Source: Phoronis australis (Eukaryota; Animalia; Phoronida). From it: 64,000 nucleotides of DNA. The translations under genes were made by a program, and so were the position numbers. The stretch covers positions 1 to 64,000 of the forward strand of contig NMRA01000042.1 in NCBI GenBank assembly GCA_002633005.1, in the 5' to 3' direction. The notes under the pieces were generated by a model that saw nothing but the letters and a program-made list of their open reading frames with translations, ran no database searches and had not been told where the DNA came from. Below are positions 13,842 to 26,950 of this stretch, one piece after another (the stretch's first letter is position 1; every line of letters starts with the position of its first letter).

Positions 13842-14075
13842 CATGCACTCACCTAGGGGAGCTCCGGGGGCTCGAACGAACCCCTCCATTTGGCGAGGTG
13901 AACAAAAAGGTCCGCCTCAGAGAAACTAAAAGTCAAAAAAAGAAGACAAAAAGTCCACTAAAAAGGCGCAAACGCGCAATTTAGAGCTCTGGACGTGGTA
14001 CCCCGTTTTTTTAATCCTTCGGTCCACATTTTCGGAAATTCGAGCCCCCCATATTAAAGGCTGGGTACGCGCATG
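13842..14075. mobile_element. MITE-like element with CATGC..ACC / GGT..GCATG ends
   Basis: CATGCACTCACCTAG... and ...CTGGGTACGCGCATG form imperfect inverted termini around G/C tracts. Confidence 0.4.
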
Positions 14076-15206
14076 ACAAGACATGTGAATTCATGAACAA
14101 CATCACGTTTGGCCACCGGTTGCAATCTTTCCAGACTGGGGTTGATATTCATATCGAGGTAAGGAGATTTACCTGTAACATTCTGATAATAAATAATTAC
14201 ATTCAATGACGACGTTAACATTGTCACGTACAGTGTAAGACCTATTTTTAAAGCACACGTTCGTCACTCAGGTAATCATCAGACATCAAACTCCGTGTGC
14301 TTTTGTCCTCATAAGCTCTCGTGAACAGTGTTACATTGTACGCACGGCATGCTCTCTCTTCCGACGATTCTCCATGCATTTGCTAGTTTGGTCCATTCAA
14401 GATTATTTATTGCATCAATATGGATGAATACATTGTAGCTAGATAAGAACTAGTAGCTAATACCACTATTCGCTACGTAGAAAACGAAACATTTCGGTTA
14501 AATATTTTGGATCAATATGATGATCAACTATGTGTATTTAAAGATCACCTCACAGGTGTTACCCGGATGCTAACTTTGTTCCATTAGGTTTGTGGACTTC
14601 CTACCGTGTATTACAGTCACACACTCTCTGCTTGTAAGCCATTCTGCCTGTCACTGTCCTAGTCAATGTTTATTTCGCTTCTACCACGTTGATTTTATCA
14701 AATATCTGAGAATGCGACAAGTGCTCGCGAAATACAGTTACTATTTTAACTTGTTTGTTTGTAATGCCTGTTGGAAATTTACTTTACAACTGCACACCGA
14801 AAGATCGAAAATTGTACAGAGAGCTTGTTATATGAGCGCGTGTATATCAAGCTGCCCAGACGTGTTTTCAATCAGGTTTTTGTTAATGAAGGGCACAGGA
14901 ATACATAGATTTTTTCATAGTGAATACGCAAGACAAAAGCTTTGTATTTAGTGAAACTGCTACATATTACTCCTCGAAAGTAGGTTTTAATAAATGTTTT
15001 GCCCTTAACTCCTGTTGTCAAAATTGAGTCAAGAAAATTGTCATGAGCCAGCAATTAGTGACATTACTCCTAAGATAAACCGCGCAACAAACATTGAGTC
15101 ACAGAAAAGGCCAGTTTACAGATTTCAAAATTACTGAATGCTAATTACTGTAATCATATGCTAGTCCTTTATTCAGGTACCAGGACAATATAGTCACGGA
15201 ACTTAC

Positions 15207-15240
15207 CGCTACTCACACCGTGATCTTGCGACTCAGCCAT
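15207..15240 (-). CDS. Probable first coding exon of the TRIM-NHL gene (MAESQDHGVSS)
   Basis: ATG plus 11 codons and 1 nt, then a GTAAGT donor. Phase 1 joins in frame to 12947, giving MAESQDHGVSSEVESSTDQ; the main exon has no ATG before the RING. Confidence 0.6.
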
Positions 15241-17149
15241 CAGTTGGAATGACACAGACCTTACTTTCGTGCAAAATCATCGTAAAACTAGTTCTGGTAG
15301 AGGGTGTGCCAAATGTGAGAACGTTTATTGTTCTTGAGCATAACATTCACTTACATACAGGATTTGCGAGACCCGGGTAAGCGAGAAATGGACGACTACG
15401 GTAAAGTTACATGGCGTTATTTAGGGAGAGATGTCTGGAAGAATTTTGGGGACAGCCGATGGTTCTTTTTAATCATGCTGGCGAGTTTGCACGTTATATT
15501 ATTCGCATTGAGATAGGATATATAACGCAATACTGCAACTTTCTTCGGAAGTATGTATATGCGATTTCTCAATAAAAAACACTTCAACTGCAAAGGGATT
15601 CGGAACTAGTTTATTGGACATTTGTTTAGATTATACATGGTAGATTTGTAACCGGCTTCATCTCACCGTTCGTTCAAATCTATGGCTTCAGTTAGGAGGA
15701 CAAGATTGCGAATGACTTAGAGGTAGACATCCAGTCCACTGGCGTTTTTTCAGAACTCCGATAATTAATTTCCAACAAATCTCGTTCGATCACATTTTAA
15801 ACGTGTTCTCAAAAACTAAGTTGGATATGTAAACAACAGAGTTTACGAGCAACTGTATGAAAACTGGGAAGAAAAGATGGTTGAAGGACGGCAATAGCGT
15901 GGGGGATCAAGAGCGCGGTTTGCGGGGGGGAGTACCGGTTGCCAGTGCTGGGGGAACGAAAGGTTCCGTTTTGCAAATGCTCACGTCTTTCAAATTACAT
16001 GTGCAACAAAATTATGAGATAACTGTCACTGAGTCCATCACTGCAACATAAACGATGTAAAAGGGCCAAAACTTCAGGCTCCGTGAAATGTTCCAAACCT
16101 AATTTGTATTCACATATGAACGTCTTCATACATGTACGTATGACAACATGAAAAATTTTCGTTTTTTTGTGTCATATTATTCAAGTAAAATTGAACACGA
16201 AACTCATATAGCACCAGTAATTTTTGCTTGTTAAAACGACTAGTACTTTCTTTCAGCGCACAAGCAGATCCACAACGTTTGTGCGTTTTTTCAGATAGCT
16301 CTGTATTTTGGTGATCGACAGCAGACGGTGTTCCGCATAACCAGGCCTTGCGTTTGCGGTAAACGCTGGGCGATTTAATAGACCTAACAGACTCAGATGA
16401 CAGGCGCTGCGATTAATTAAATTCAATTGGAATTAAGTGTTGTAGAGTAAGAATTTAATTGTTAAGTACGTGGCAACGGAAATAAACTACAAGTTAATTA
16501 AAGGGAGGATGAGCTGGCGGTCTCAAACAAGTAAAATAATGCGACAAATATACCTACATCGGGACGCAATGTAGTAAAAAATGTACCTATCTTGGCTCAT
16601 TTCTGAACTTGAATACTTTCTCAGAAAAAAAAAACAAAAGTCAGTTTACCTAAATCAGTCAAATTCGCAACTGAAATAGACCGTATTTACAAGCGCAGTG
16701 TGCCCTCCCTAGTTTTTCGTAGTTGTATATTTCATGGGAAACGCAGTGCTTAGATGGTGTGAGCTAGGACTACACCGTACTAGGTTTCAGAGGGAAAGTT
16801 TGCGTCATCTTCTTTTCAAGCAACTGCGATATGCTAGTATTTCAATCCACAAGTTTTCTAACTATTGTTCTATAAAATATTTTTAATGAGTACAAACATT
16901 CACCTGCCAAATTGTCGCATAAATGATCTCAACTCTATATTTGTGTCGTTCGTTTTCAGTCTGAAACGAATCTAGTCGCCTCAGATTTCTAACCGCCATT
17001 GGTAATGACCATGATCAACTCAATAATACTAAAGAAATTCTAAGAGGTTAATATTTCCAATACTTGTTTACATATTTCTTCCAAACATTTTAAGGTCATG
17101 TAGCACCCTAGAAAATTATTATGCTTACACCTATAGACCTTTTTTAATT

Positions 17150-18660
17150 AATGAATATTTAGAGAACGCGAAAATTGTACATAAAGGCAGAATCTTCATT
17201 TGGAAAAGTTTCAATTTATCGAAGCTCATTCATGTAGTAGTAACTTTGGGTATCACCAAAAAGAGTTCATGAAGTGAATAAACTTATTAGAGAATTTATT
17301 TGGTTAAATAAACCACCAACAATAAAAGAATCTGTGACAATCTCGCCATATCAAGAGGGTGTTTTGAAATATCCTAACATGTAACTGATCAAGTAAACCT
17401 TATTGTTTAATTGGGGCAAACGTTTTAATACAGAGGATGAAGCAAGTACGATGATATACCTGAGGCATTTTTTTAGTCGCGTCCTCGTTTTTCCATTTAA
17501 TTTTCAACTGAAAACACAAAATGCGAAATTATAAAGTTACCCTTTTTACATGGATGTTCTCACAACATTGGATATTCTTATTCATGTAATATTTAATGAA
17601 GTGCCAATAGCCAAACAAGTGATATGGAACAATTGTACGTCTATCATACCATTTTCTTCCACTACAACGACCTTGAAGAAAGTTCTGAGTGTGTCGGATA
17701 CAAGGATTGCTAGTTGTAATAACATTAGATTTTTATTGTTCAATAGTTCCAATTCATGGATTAAAACATTTATTCACATGTTTTCTGTAAAACCAGATAA
17801 TTATGTGTCTTTACTCAACTATTACACAGGCGATGAAATTAAAGAAATATATAATCTTCTTTTCAATCTACCCATCAACCCTCATTTAAAAATGTTTTAA
17901 TATTCTTCATCCACAGAAGAATTTATACAAACAAGATGTTAAAAATATTTGGTACTTCACAAACAGACCGATGTCCCTACTGTGGCGAGGTCCAGAGGCC
18001 TTTTCAGCATATGTTTTACAGCTGCTTCTGAGGTAAACGTTTCTGCTTTTCTTTATACATGTATCATTTCATAAGTTACACTCTGAGGCTTCTATGTACC
18101 ACTTCTTAGTTTGCTTCTTCGGCAAAATCTTAAGTGAAATCTCCAATATCATATACACTCATGCTCAACATTATATATATATATCATCGAGAGATGGGTC
18201 TCAACCTTGTTTTGATAAGTTTAAATTTATACTTTTTGACGAAGTAAGCCTCATTGTATTTAATGCCTCGGATAAAACTTCAGAACAGCGAACGGTTTTA
18301 AAATGATTCAAATAATATAGGGTTTAATTTGTTGTATAAAAAGAAACCTGACCTTTTAATAAACATGTACCTATGTAAATGTTAACATAAACTAAGTTAA
18401 TTAAATCCAGAGAATGTGATTGTAAATGAGTGTGAGAAAGTCCGCCCCCTCCCTTTTACCCTCCCCCTTTCATAGTAATCGCTGCTAATTATGCGCCCAA
18501 TCGCTTTGAGTTATTTTCCAGATACTTATTTGTTCTATTTGTGTGACGTATTAAACTTTAGTAAGTTGTAAAGATATGTAGTTGGGGCCACCCAACCCCA
18601 GGCGTACCTACTATTCATTAATGATATGCTTTCTGAGTAAATAAACGTATTTAAAAAATA
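17150..18660 (+). mobile_element. Decayed 3' part of an L1/Tx1-clade LINE
   Basis: Fragmented frames give KGRIFIWKSFNLSKLIHV, FIWLNKPPTIKES..GVLKYPN and a zf-RVT-like HRRIYTNKMLKIFG..DRCPYCGE..HMFYSC. AATAAA and an A-rich end lie near 18640-18660. Confidence 0.75.
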
Positions 18661-19713
18661 TATGCTTGCACGTGTATGGTCTGCTGTCTAGTCGACGTTA
18701 CGGAACATGGCGGATGGAACTGAGGTTGACCGGATTCTTGGAGAATCGTAAACATGATAGGTAAGCGATTGCCAAAACGTCATTGTGAACATCTTGACCA
18801 AAATTAAAGAGTTCAGTCAGTGTGATTTGTGAACAATTAGGGACGGATTTGACTGCGTTAACCATTAGAAAACCAATGGTAACGCATTGAATTTTAAATG
18901 TTTCAGGCAAGAACGACCATTTCAACGCTGAAGCGTAACTGACGCATGTGTAGGTATCAGTAGAGTTACATGTAGACCCACAAGTATGTGGAAATTATGT
19001 TACGTAAAATGCTCATATTTCAGTTTTTGTGAAACTATAAGGCCGACATCAAGGCTGACTTAAAAAACGGAATATCTGAAAAAACAACTTTTATTATCCA
19101 ATGTAAATCTAGTGCCCATCGTTAGCATCGCTACAGCAGCACCGAATAAGTTGTGGTCGCTAACCACATTTCTCCAGGGGAACTGAATTTCTTTATTCAT
19201 GAAATTTAAATTTATAGTTTTTCGTGCGACAGTAGACGGATCAACAGTACATCTGTGGGACCATAAACTATTGTACATGGACCGCCAACTCCGTCAGTGG
19301 ACGAAATGTGTGATCTTGCGCACAATCCCTGGCGTCATTATTCACTAGCGACACCTGGAAAAATTAGCAAGTTTTGCTTCCGTCCAGCTCTTCGTCTGCT
19401 AATCATTCATGGTCGGCTGTTGTGTGGTCGGGTAGTAGCATTGTCAAAAGTACTCTCCATACCAACAGTTTCAATGCCGGAATTTTTTTTTCGTTGTACT
19501 GTACAGCTAAATAGATGCGAGAATTTCCCGTCACAGTGCACTAACCGGAAACTGAAATTGACAATTTAGGAGAGTGGCGCCTCCTCTAGGATACTACGCA
19601 AGAAAATGTTGGAGTTGGGAATCTTGTTAATAATCCAAGGTGGGACTGTGACGGCAAAATGGGTGAAATTCTAGCGTTTGTCACGCGACACAACGATGGT
19701 GTTCATTCGTCAC

Positions 19714-20131
19714 GGGAGCGTTCATATATTATTTGTACGTCATCACTCGAAGGGGGAAGGTCTTGGAACAGATGACGATTTAAGACAGGGTGAGGGTAAC
19801 TAGACTCATTTTGACATCGTCATATGGTTCAATAGATCATCTCCATCACAGTACGATTGAATAGTTGCAATGATGTGCGTTATTTCATTACTGCCTACAA
19901 CAGTGGAAATGGAATTTACCAATTTACAAAAAACATTGCCTTAATTTGTAATTAGAATAATAAAGACGGGACCTCCAACGCACTATCGTTTTTTCAAAAG
20001 CAGGACAGGCCTTTGGCTTCAAAGATGTAATTAAAGGCTGGATAGGGGGTTATGCCATGATGACGGTTGCTGACAAGGGTGAGAGTGTAAAAAGTGTCAA
20101 ATTTTGGATGACGTAATGTGTAAACGATCCC
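19714..20131. mobile_element. MITE with GGG.CGTT termini (possibly PIF/Harbinger-type)
   Basis: GGGAGCGTTCATATATTA..CGTCATC is inverted against GATGACGTAATGTGTAAACGATCCC, followed by TAA. Confidence 0.5.
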
Positions 20132-21108
20132 TAAAAGATTTGAGATAGAAAATGAAAAAGGTTTGTCTTTCCCATCTCAACCCGTCTTCAGTTCACGTTT
20201 CACACCCGTCAATCAAATGTTTGTGTGTGTTTTCCCATGTTTGAGGCAGTCTTTCTCGTGGTTGGGTCCGTCCTTCCCATCGGGATGGTTACACAGTATG
20301 GGCGCTGCGACAGAAAGTAGAAATGAGTAATCTGTCCCACATGTCTTGTTTAACTGTCGTCTTTGAATATGTAAAACAACAGCAATGGCATGCAAAGTTT
20401 ATTTTAAAAGTTGTTTGGCACAAAGCTGAATCAAATATTGTCGCGTCTGAACGTGTTATCCCATTCGTACCCATGTACTTATCGTCAACACTTTGCCTCC
20501 TTTATTTAAAACTTAAGGATACCAAACACGACTTTAAGCTATTAACATATATCAAAATCGACTTTCCCATCCAGTTCTCTGAAACAATGTTATGCCCTGT
20601 AACCCTCCACAACCCTCAACATTTTGGAGCAAAGTTCGTAAACTCTTTTCAAAGTCCACTAAACGGAGAAGCGTGATCTACGCCTTAGGCGAGTTACACG
20701 GCAACTTTTAGGGAAAACCCACCCTCCAAGAACCATAATATCCCATCTTTGACACAGAAAGTATGCGCTTTCAGTTGAATCCTTCTTTTATCACTCGAGG
20801 GAGACGACAATAGTGCAGTAGCAGGTGACTGACTAAGTATTGGCTAAAATCAACGAAACATGGTGAGGTAGCCTTTTAATTAAAGCCTTCCTCGACGAAA
20901 GTGCTTTCAGTGTAACAAATCTAGGTACAGAAACGCGTAATAACCGATTCTTGAATCTTCTGATAGTGCAAAATTTGACACTTAAGGTAGCTTGCTTGTA
21001 CTTGTTGTATTCGTTTAACCCGTACATATTTACAACACAAAATGTCTTTTTTATTAGACTATACAATATTTTGTTCATGAAAGCCTTGGGAGGTTAATCA
21101 GGGGAAAT

Positions 21109-22005
21109 TTAGATAACATCATTCGTGGCACTGGGTTGTGTACAACATTGAGTAAACAAAAACAGTCTCAATCTGTATAAACCGAAAAATATAAGCTGGA
21201 CCAGAGGTAAAGCAATGAATAATAAGCCGCAAAGAAGAAGGACGGTCAAGCCAGGATTGTTCCAGTCCAGCAGGACGGGGTAAAGGACGTTATTAGGTGG
21301 ATCTAAAGACCAGTAAATGACACTGAATATTATATAAACCATTCCGTATGCGAAGGGGAATGTGACGTGGAACAGACGAACAGGATATCCGCCAATGAAG
21401 ATGTCTGCTAAAATGGCCACCGTATTGAAAGCGTGCAAGTGCAGATCACTTAACACGAAAAGTGCATTGTCGTAAGGAAAATATTGTACAAACATCGGTA
21501 ACAGAACGCTGAAGTACAAAAGTGTGATCGCGGGGGCAATGACGATCAGTATGTTAAACAGGATCCACGAGAGTTTGTGAAACCATGAGAGGTCGTCTGT
21601 GCCACTTTGTTCGATATCCCGATTGACCAAATTTGACGATGAGCCTGTCTCATTCTCCATGTAAATTGGTGTGTCGGAAACAGCTGCTTTTACCGACAAC
21701 GATGCATTATCATAAGACACAGTTGCATTCGAAGATCCATTTTGCGTGACGTTGGCGTTGTTTGTTCGACCACAACAGTAATCGTGGCAGTAGTGAAAAA
21801 CTGCAATTATGGCAGCCAACAATAGATGGCAGTTGAGCACAATGTAACTCCAGATGGTCAGGAACAACAACATGGACTTCCTTGTATCGCCACCTTGCGG
21901 AGAGACGTTGAAAACGATTTGTCCAGTCAGCCATCCAAGCGTATACAAAGAGACAAACACGCGGAATATCACATAGATCAAATCTGTCACGGGTCCACGA
22001 CTCCA
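21109..22005 (-). CDS. Rolling stone-like (FAR-17a/AIG1-related) multi-pass membrane protein, exon 2
   Basis: TTTTGTAG acceptor, phase 0; FLTIWSY, KLSWILFN, LHLHAFN, PVRLFH and YPVLLDW motifs; 6-7 hydrophobic segments. Confidence 0.88.
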   Translation of the reverse strand, partial: WSRGPVTDLIYVIFRVFVSLYTLGWLTGQIVFNVSPQGGDTRKSMLLFLTIWSYIVLNCHLLLAAIIAVFHYCHDYCCGRTNNANVTQNGSSNATVSYDNASLSVKAAVSDTPIYMENETGSSSNLVNRDIEQSGTDDLSWFHKLSWILFNILIVIAPAITLLYFSVLLPMFVQYFPYDNALFVLSDLHLHAFNTVAILADIFIGGYPVRLFHVTFPFAYGMVYIIFSVIYWSLDPPNNVLYPVLLDWNNPGLTVLLLCGLLFIALPLVQLIFFGLYRLRLFLFTQCCTQPSATNDVI

Positions 22006-23895
22006 CTACAAAAGAAAACGGAAAGATCTTGACTAAAATCACACCCAATTCATCATCACCCAACCCTATTGCCGCAGTGCTCCACCATCGTCACCGTCGT
22101 ATACGAATTGCCGACGTCACCAAGATCATTGTCACCATCATCACTTTCGTCATGGTAACTGGGAGTAATGTTATAGTCCCAGACTGTAAGTAGCCATCGA
22201 AAATTGTTTGTCTGTTTGTAGACTAACTTTCATAGATTTTGGTTTTTGGCTCACTTTTCACTAAAATTTAGCAAAAACGAAAGGTAAAATTGATAGCAAA
22301 ACAACGACATCAATGATAGGGTCGATTTTTTATACCAGTGATCAAAATGAGATATCAAAATGCGGTCAGTTTCTTAAAAAATCATTTCGTTTCCGTCTGT
22401 GCCCCTATATGTTAGACTTTTTATAAAAATCACGTAAGTCCTATTTTTGATAGCCCTTAATGAAACACTGGAACATTTTGACAACAATTTCCATCCGCAT
22501 TTTGGGGAGTTGCGCATAAAGCATAGTACATGAAAGTTTCAGCCAAATCCGATCACTCGTCGTTTCTGAGACACATGTATGATGTTCCGACGTTAGCCAT
22601 GGGCATTGTAACCTTAGATAGCGGGAATCGAATTTGAACTCGAAAACGTTTGCTGGCTTGCGCAAGTAGCCAATTACCTTCATAAAGCGGTTCTAAAGTT
22701 CTAAGGTTATGTAGAAACCTCGACTAAAATTGCGTAAATTTGGCCATACTAAAGTGGCTGATTGAATTCGAATGAAATTTTAACACAATGCGCTTTATGA
22801 AACGTTTTCCGAATCGTGGTTAGGAATTGTCTTTGAAATATCCCATTTTTTGCATGAGGGACAGTCGAAAAACGTGACTTCAGACAAAAACTAAAACAAA
22901 ATGTTACTTTTGAAAACTGTACAGCGCTTTCGAAAATTCATCTACAACAAAGAAATTTGTTCTGCAGCGAATGTGCCTTTCTTTTTTCTAAACTTCGAAA
23001 AAGCACGCAATCACATAACCACGTCCATGGCAAACTGATGGTATAATGTTCCAAATCAAACGCTAGAGGTGCTGTATTTAAAAAAACAACATATACTTTC
23101 ACCGTACAGTATTGCATATATTAGGTTAAATTCACAAACGTGTCGACAAGGATAACCAAGAAAGGTGTTAAAACCACGGCTATCTTCGGAACATCATATC
23201 TCAGAGATGGCCTATCGCTTTCATGCGAAACTTCCATATACTTGCATGCTCCATGCACTAATCTACAGAAAGTAGCTAGCAATTGATTTTCAAATGATCC
23301 ACTTTTAAGGAGGTTCTATAGAAATAAATTATTTTTATTGAAGCAATGCACAAAAGAAAAAATAAATAACAGCTTAAAAACATTATCAGTGTTTTTGAGA
23401 ATTTACAATGAACTTTTATCAAGGGAATTGGTCACGTTCTTTGATGTCGTCTTTACTACAAGAACGCACCTTACTTTTTCACTAAATGTTACAATATGAT
23501 CACGTGACCCCGGCAATCAATGGAAGATTGGCATCAAGTTAAAAATCAAATTCTTCATACAGGATTTCTACTTTCAGAAATTCAGTTGAATTTTACGTTT
23601 TGTTGAACGCATGACATTGTCGATACGTTACAAATGCGAGCACTGATCTAGGCCTACATGCACCTGGTAATCGTTAACAAAAACGACACTAGTAACACAT
23701 TGACCCACTTTTGCCAAAGCGAAAAATCAATATTTTACACCTATTCGCCAAAATACCAAGGACCCAGTAAGCACAGTTTGACTTGCATAAGGCACTGAAG
23801 AAGCGTAACCGCACGTCAGCTAATGGAACTGGCGATAGTCTACTACGACAACGACGGACTCACACGTGACCAGCTATAATATCATATCCGTGTAC

Positions 23896-23976
23896 CTGAG
23901 ACTTGTAGAACGCTCGGGCATCGTGATGTCTGAGAGTGAACCTGTGTAAACGGAATTCCTCTCGCAGCACTCCCAT
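23896..23976 (-). CDS. Rolling stone-like protein, exon 1 (MGVLREEFRLHRFTLRHHDARAFYKSQ)
   Basis: 27 codons, donor CAG|GTACAC; restores the family N-terminal pattern EEF..F.L.H....F..SQW across the splice (joined protein 325 aa). Confidence 0.8.
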
Positions 23977-26251
23977 GCTTCTTTTGCTACCTTATAAAGG
24001 CGTCTTGACAGTACTTCTTGTTCACGGTTATATTCAGGCAAAACTTTCCATCTACCACACCTGTACTGAGTCACGACTGGGTTGGAGGATCTTCGATATC
24101 AATGCCCAGCCTACGTACACAAATTTTTCTTGCGGTATGGCAACCACTTGACACTCAACGTCACATGACCGTCATATCTGCTGATAAGATTACGACACCG
24201 TACTCAGCTAGGCTTGCGACACTGAGCGCTGCTTATCGCGCATGATTGCGAAATATGCCTTACTCGGTTAGTTCTCGAGCGCATACAATAGCAGGCCCAT
24301 GTCATAGGACCTCTTTTATGGAGATTATGTAAACACATGGTGCGGTGATTGTGACTTCTCTAAGGTGGCATTGTTCTCGCTCGTTTCAGTGATGAGGCCT
24401 ACCTGTGAATAACTGGAACCTAAATTGTAATTGAAATTGCTAAACTAGAAATCAGAGTTGGCGTGAAGCACCTTTTGTCACGACAGCTACCTGGCTACTA
24501 GCCATGAGTTAAGTCAACTTGAAAGGGCCTTCTACAGGGGCGTAGCCAGAATTTTGAGTTGGGGGAGGGGCCGGGGCAGGGGACACGGTACTCTAGCCAG
24601 GATATTGTCTGTCAGACATTCAAGCTCCTCCCGAAATGCCAAATGGAACCAGGGTAAATTTTTCGTGCCCCCCCCTAAATCAGCTAGCTGCTCTGTGGCT
24701 AGTAATAAATAATTACTTCCGGTTATTCCCCCTACTCTGTATCCATTATCTGGGAATTAAAGCTTCACTAAACCCCGTTGACTTCGATCCATTACGGCTT
24801 TTGATCGATTTGTCTCGATTTCCTACAGTCGTAAAGTTGTTCCTGTATTGTTTTTTTTCTCAAACTTTGTTTAAGACACGACTAGACTTTCTACTTAGCG
24901 AGCTTGATATTTTTTTTAGGCGTTCGTAATTTCGGAAAAATCTCCTTTCTTCAGGTGTGCAGGTATGAAGTCGGTAAAATACCGAGAGACATAACAAACA
25001 AACAAACAAACAAAACCAATAATTCGTGACTGCATGTGCAACGAGTGGAATGACCATATACATAAAAACGTGTAGCTATGTATATCTTGCGAAAAATGCA
25101 AGAATGAACTTAATTGTTAACCGTTCGCGCCAGGTAATTTATTGCAAGCTGAAGCACGTAATCACATAAGCTTCCTCAGTACGAAAGTCTATCCAACGAC
25201 AGGCCCGTAGGAAGGTAAAAAGTATTGGGGGGAGGGGGGAGGCCACAAACCAATTCGGCTTCGCCAACCTACCTTTCTATCGCCACATTCCCCCGTTCTC
25301 TGGATATCACCATAATTGTACTGACCCCCCACGTCCTCCATAGGTGGGTTGAGATGCAGCCCATCAAGATTTGAGTAACCGTGAACCACTGAACAAAAGT
25401 TTCACGGAGAGTAACAATGGTTCTAGGGCTAGCGCACTCACGGGTAGCTGGGTTCCAGCTGCAGTGGATTCGATGAACTATAGGGCTAGTCGCTGGTTCG
25501 AGTCAGCTTGAGCAGTTATGACTCACTTGAGACAGGCAGCTTAGCTCGTATCTATTCCTGTGCGCTGGCTCTAAGGTCAAGATTCGTTTTATTATGATCA
25601 AGTGTCGGGAAAACTTCATTTTATCATAGCCATTCTTTGAAGGATTTTTTGGAAACAGGTGAGGTCCCGAGAAACCTGGTATGAGTGCCTTTGTGGCCGT
25701 TTCAAAATCCCTTGATGAAACACAGCCGTGTTGCGTCAGTCATGACGTGCTCCGTGTGTGTAGTATGCACAGGAATGGAAAGCAAATGAATCAGTTTTGA
25801 AGAAAATTCATTGCGCAATAGTATTGGAAACTAACAACATCAAGGAAGTGCAAAGAGAACGTTTCCCAGTTTATGAGCAATAAGTTTAACTTTATTTATT
25901 TTTGAGTAAATAAAAATTAAAGTACTTAAAACTTGTGTATAAATATATCAGAACATGCTCATGGTCAGAACATGCGCTATCCAAACAGGATTTAGATACA
26001 TCATAGAGCACAGGACAAAGTGCCTACTGGAATGGAGCAAACATTACGGGAAATTCGGGAAAAATCAAGAAAAATAGTGGACAAAAACCATCCTATAGAA
26101 AAACAGTGAAGGGATGATAAATATAATAAGTCGCGGCACCAACCCAACCCCAGAGGGAAGATAATCGGATGGTCAAATTTTTGGCGACCGGGGATGAAAC
26201 GTATGATGGCTATGACCGCTAGGGTGGACCACTTGTAGTTTCACAAATATN

Positions 26252-26560
26252 GGGCCGTCGTGTGTGCAGCGAACATTTTCCTGGTGGAAAAAGACTTATG
26301 AGAACAACATTCCGACGGAGTTTCCTCTTAAAATTAACGTCTCTAGCATATCCACGGCGAAAGCTACAAAAGTTAAGCAACCCAAAAACTCTCAACTTGT
26401 CTGAAACCGGAGATTTCGAAATCAACGCCGATAGCCCCAATACTGAACATGACGACAGTCGTGCCCTCGGTCACACGGTCACTGATCATAGCTACGCTGT
26501 GTTTACAATTTAACGAGAGAGAGGACTTGCTTGGTATTATAAAGCAAAAAAATGAAACAT
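26252..26560 (+). pseudogene. Degenerate THAP-domain remnant, probably derived from a DNA transposon
   Basis: RVCSEHFPGGK, then a frameshift to TYENNIPTEFP, and a downstream DHSY (HCF1-binding-type motif). Begins right after the N at 26251. Confidence 0.6.
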
Positions 26561-26889
26561 GGTTTTTAGTTTGCAAATCACTCCAAATGCACACACTATC
26601 CAGCCTGCTCAAGACATGCCTGACCACAAGCTATCCCATGAGCCTTCGCACATGCGCAATGCATAGTTCGTCTGCGCTGCAAATCCGCTATTGTAGCTTA
26701 TCGAGGACCAGTCCCACAGTCAAGTCATTCTATGTATTTGCACCATCAAATACAAGTAACGCTGCGTCACATGTATGCCTTGAATCCGACCTAGAAACTG
26801 TAAATGCTCTAAGTACATGTACCATTGCGCCCACTTGTGGCGAACATGCGCTAACATATATATAGATTTGATCGCTTGTTGAATTCCAG

Positions 26890-26950
26890 AGGAAGAAGAA
26901 GAAGAAGTAGAAGAAGAAGTAAAAGGAGAAGAACTTGAGAAGAAGAAGAA
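26890..26950. repeat. (GAA)n-rich simple repeat
   Basis: Visible GAA run. Confidence 0.8.
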
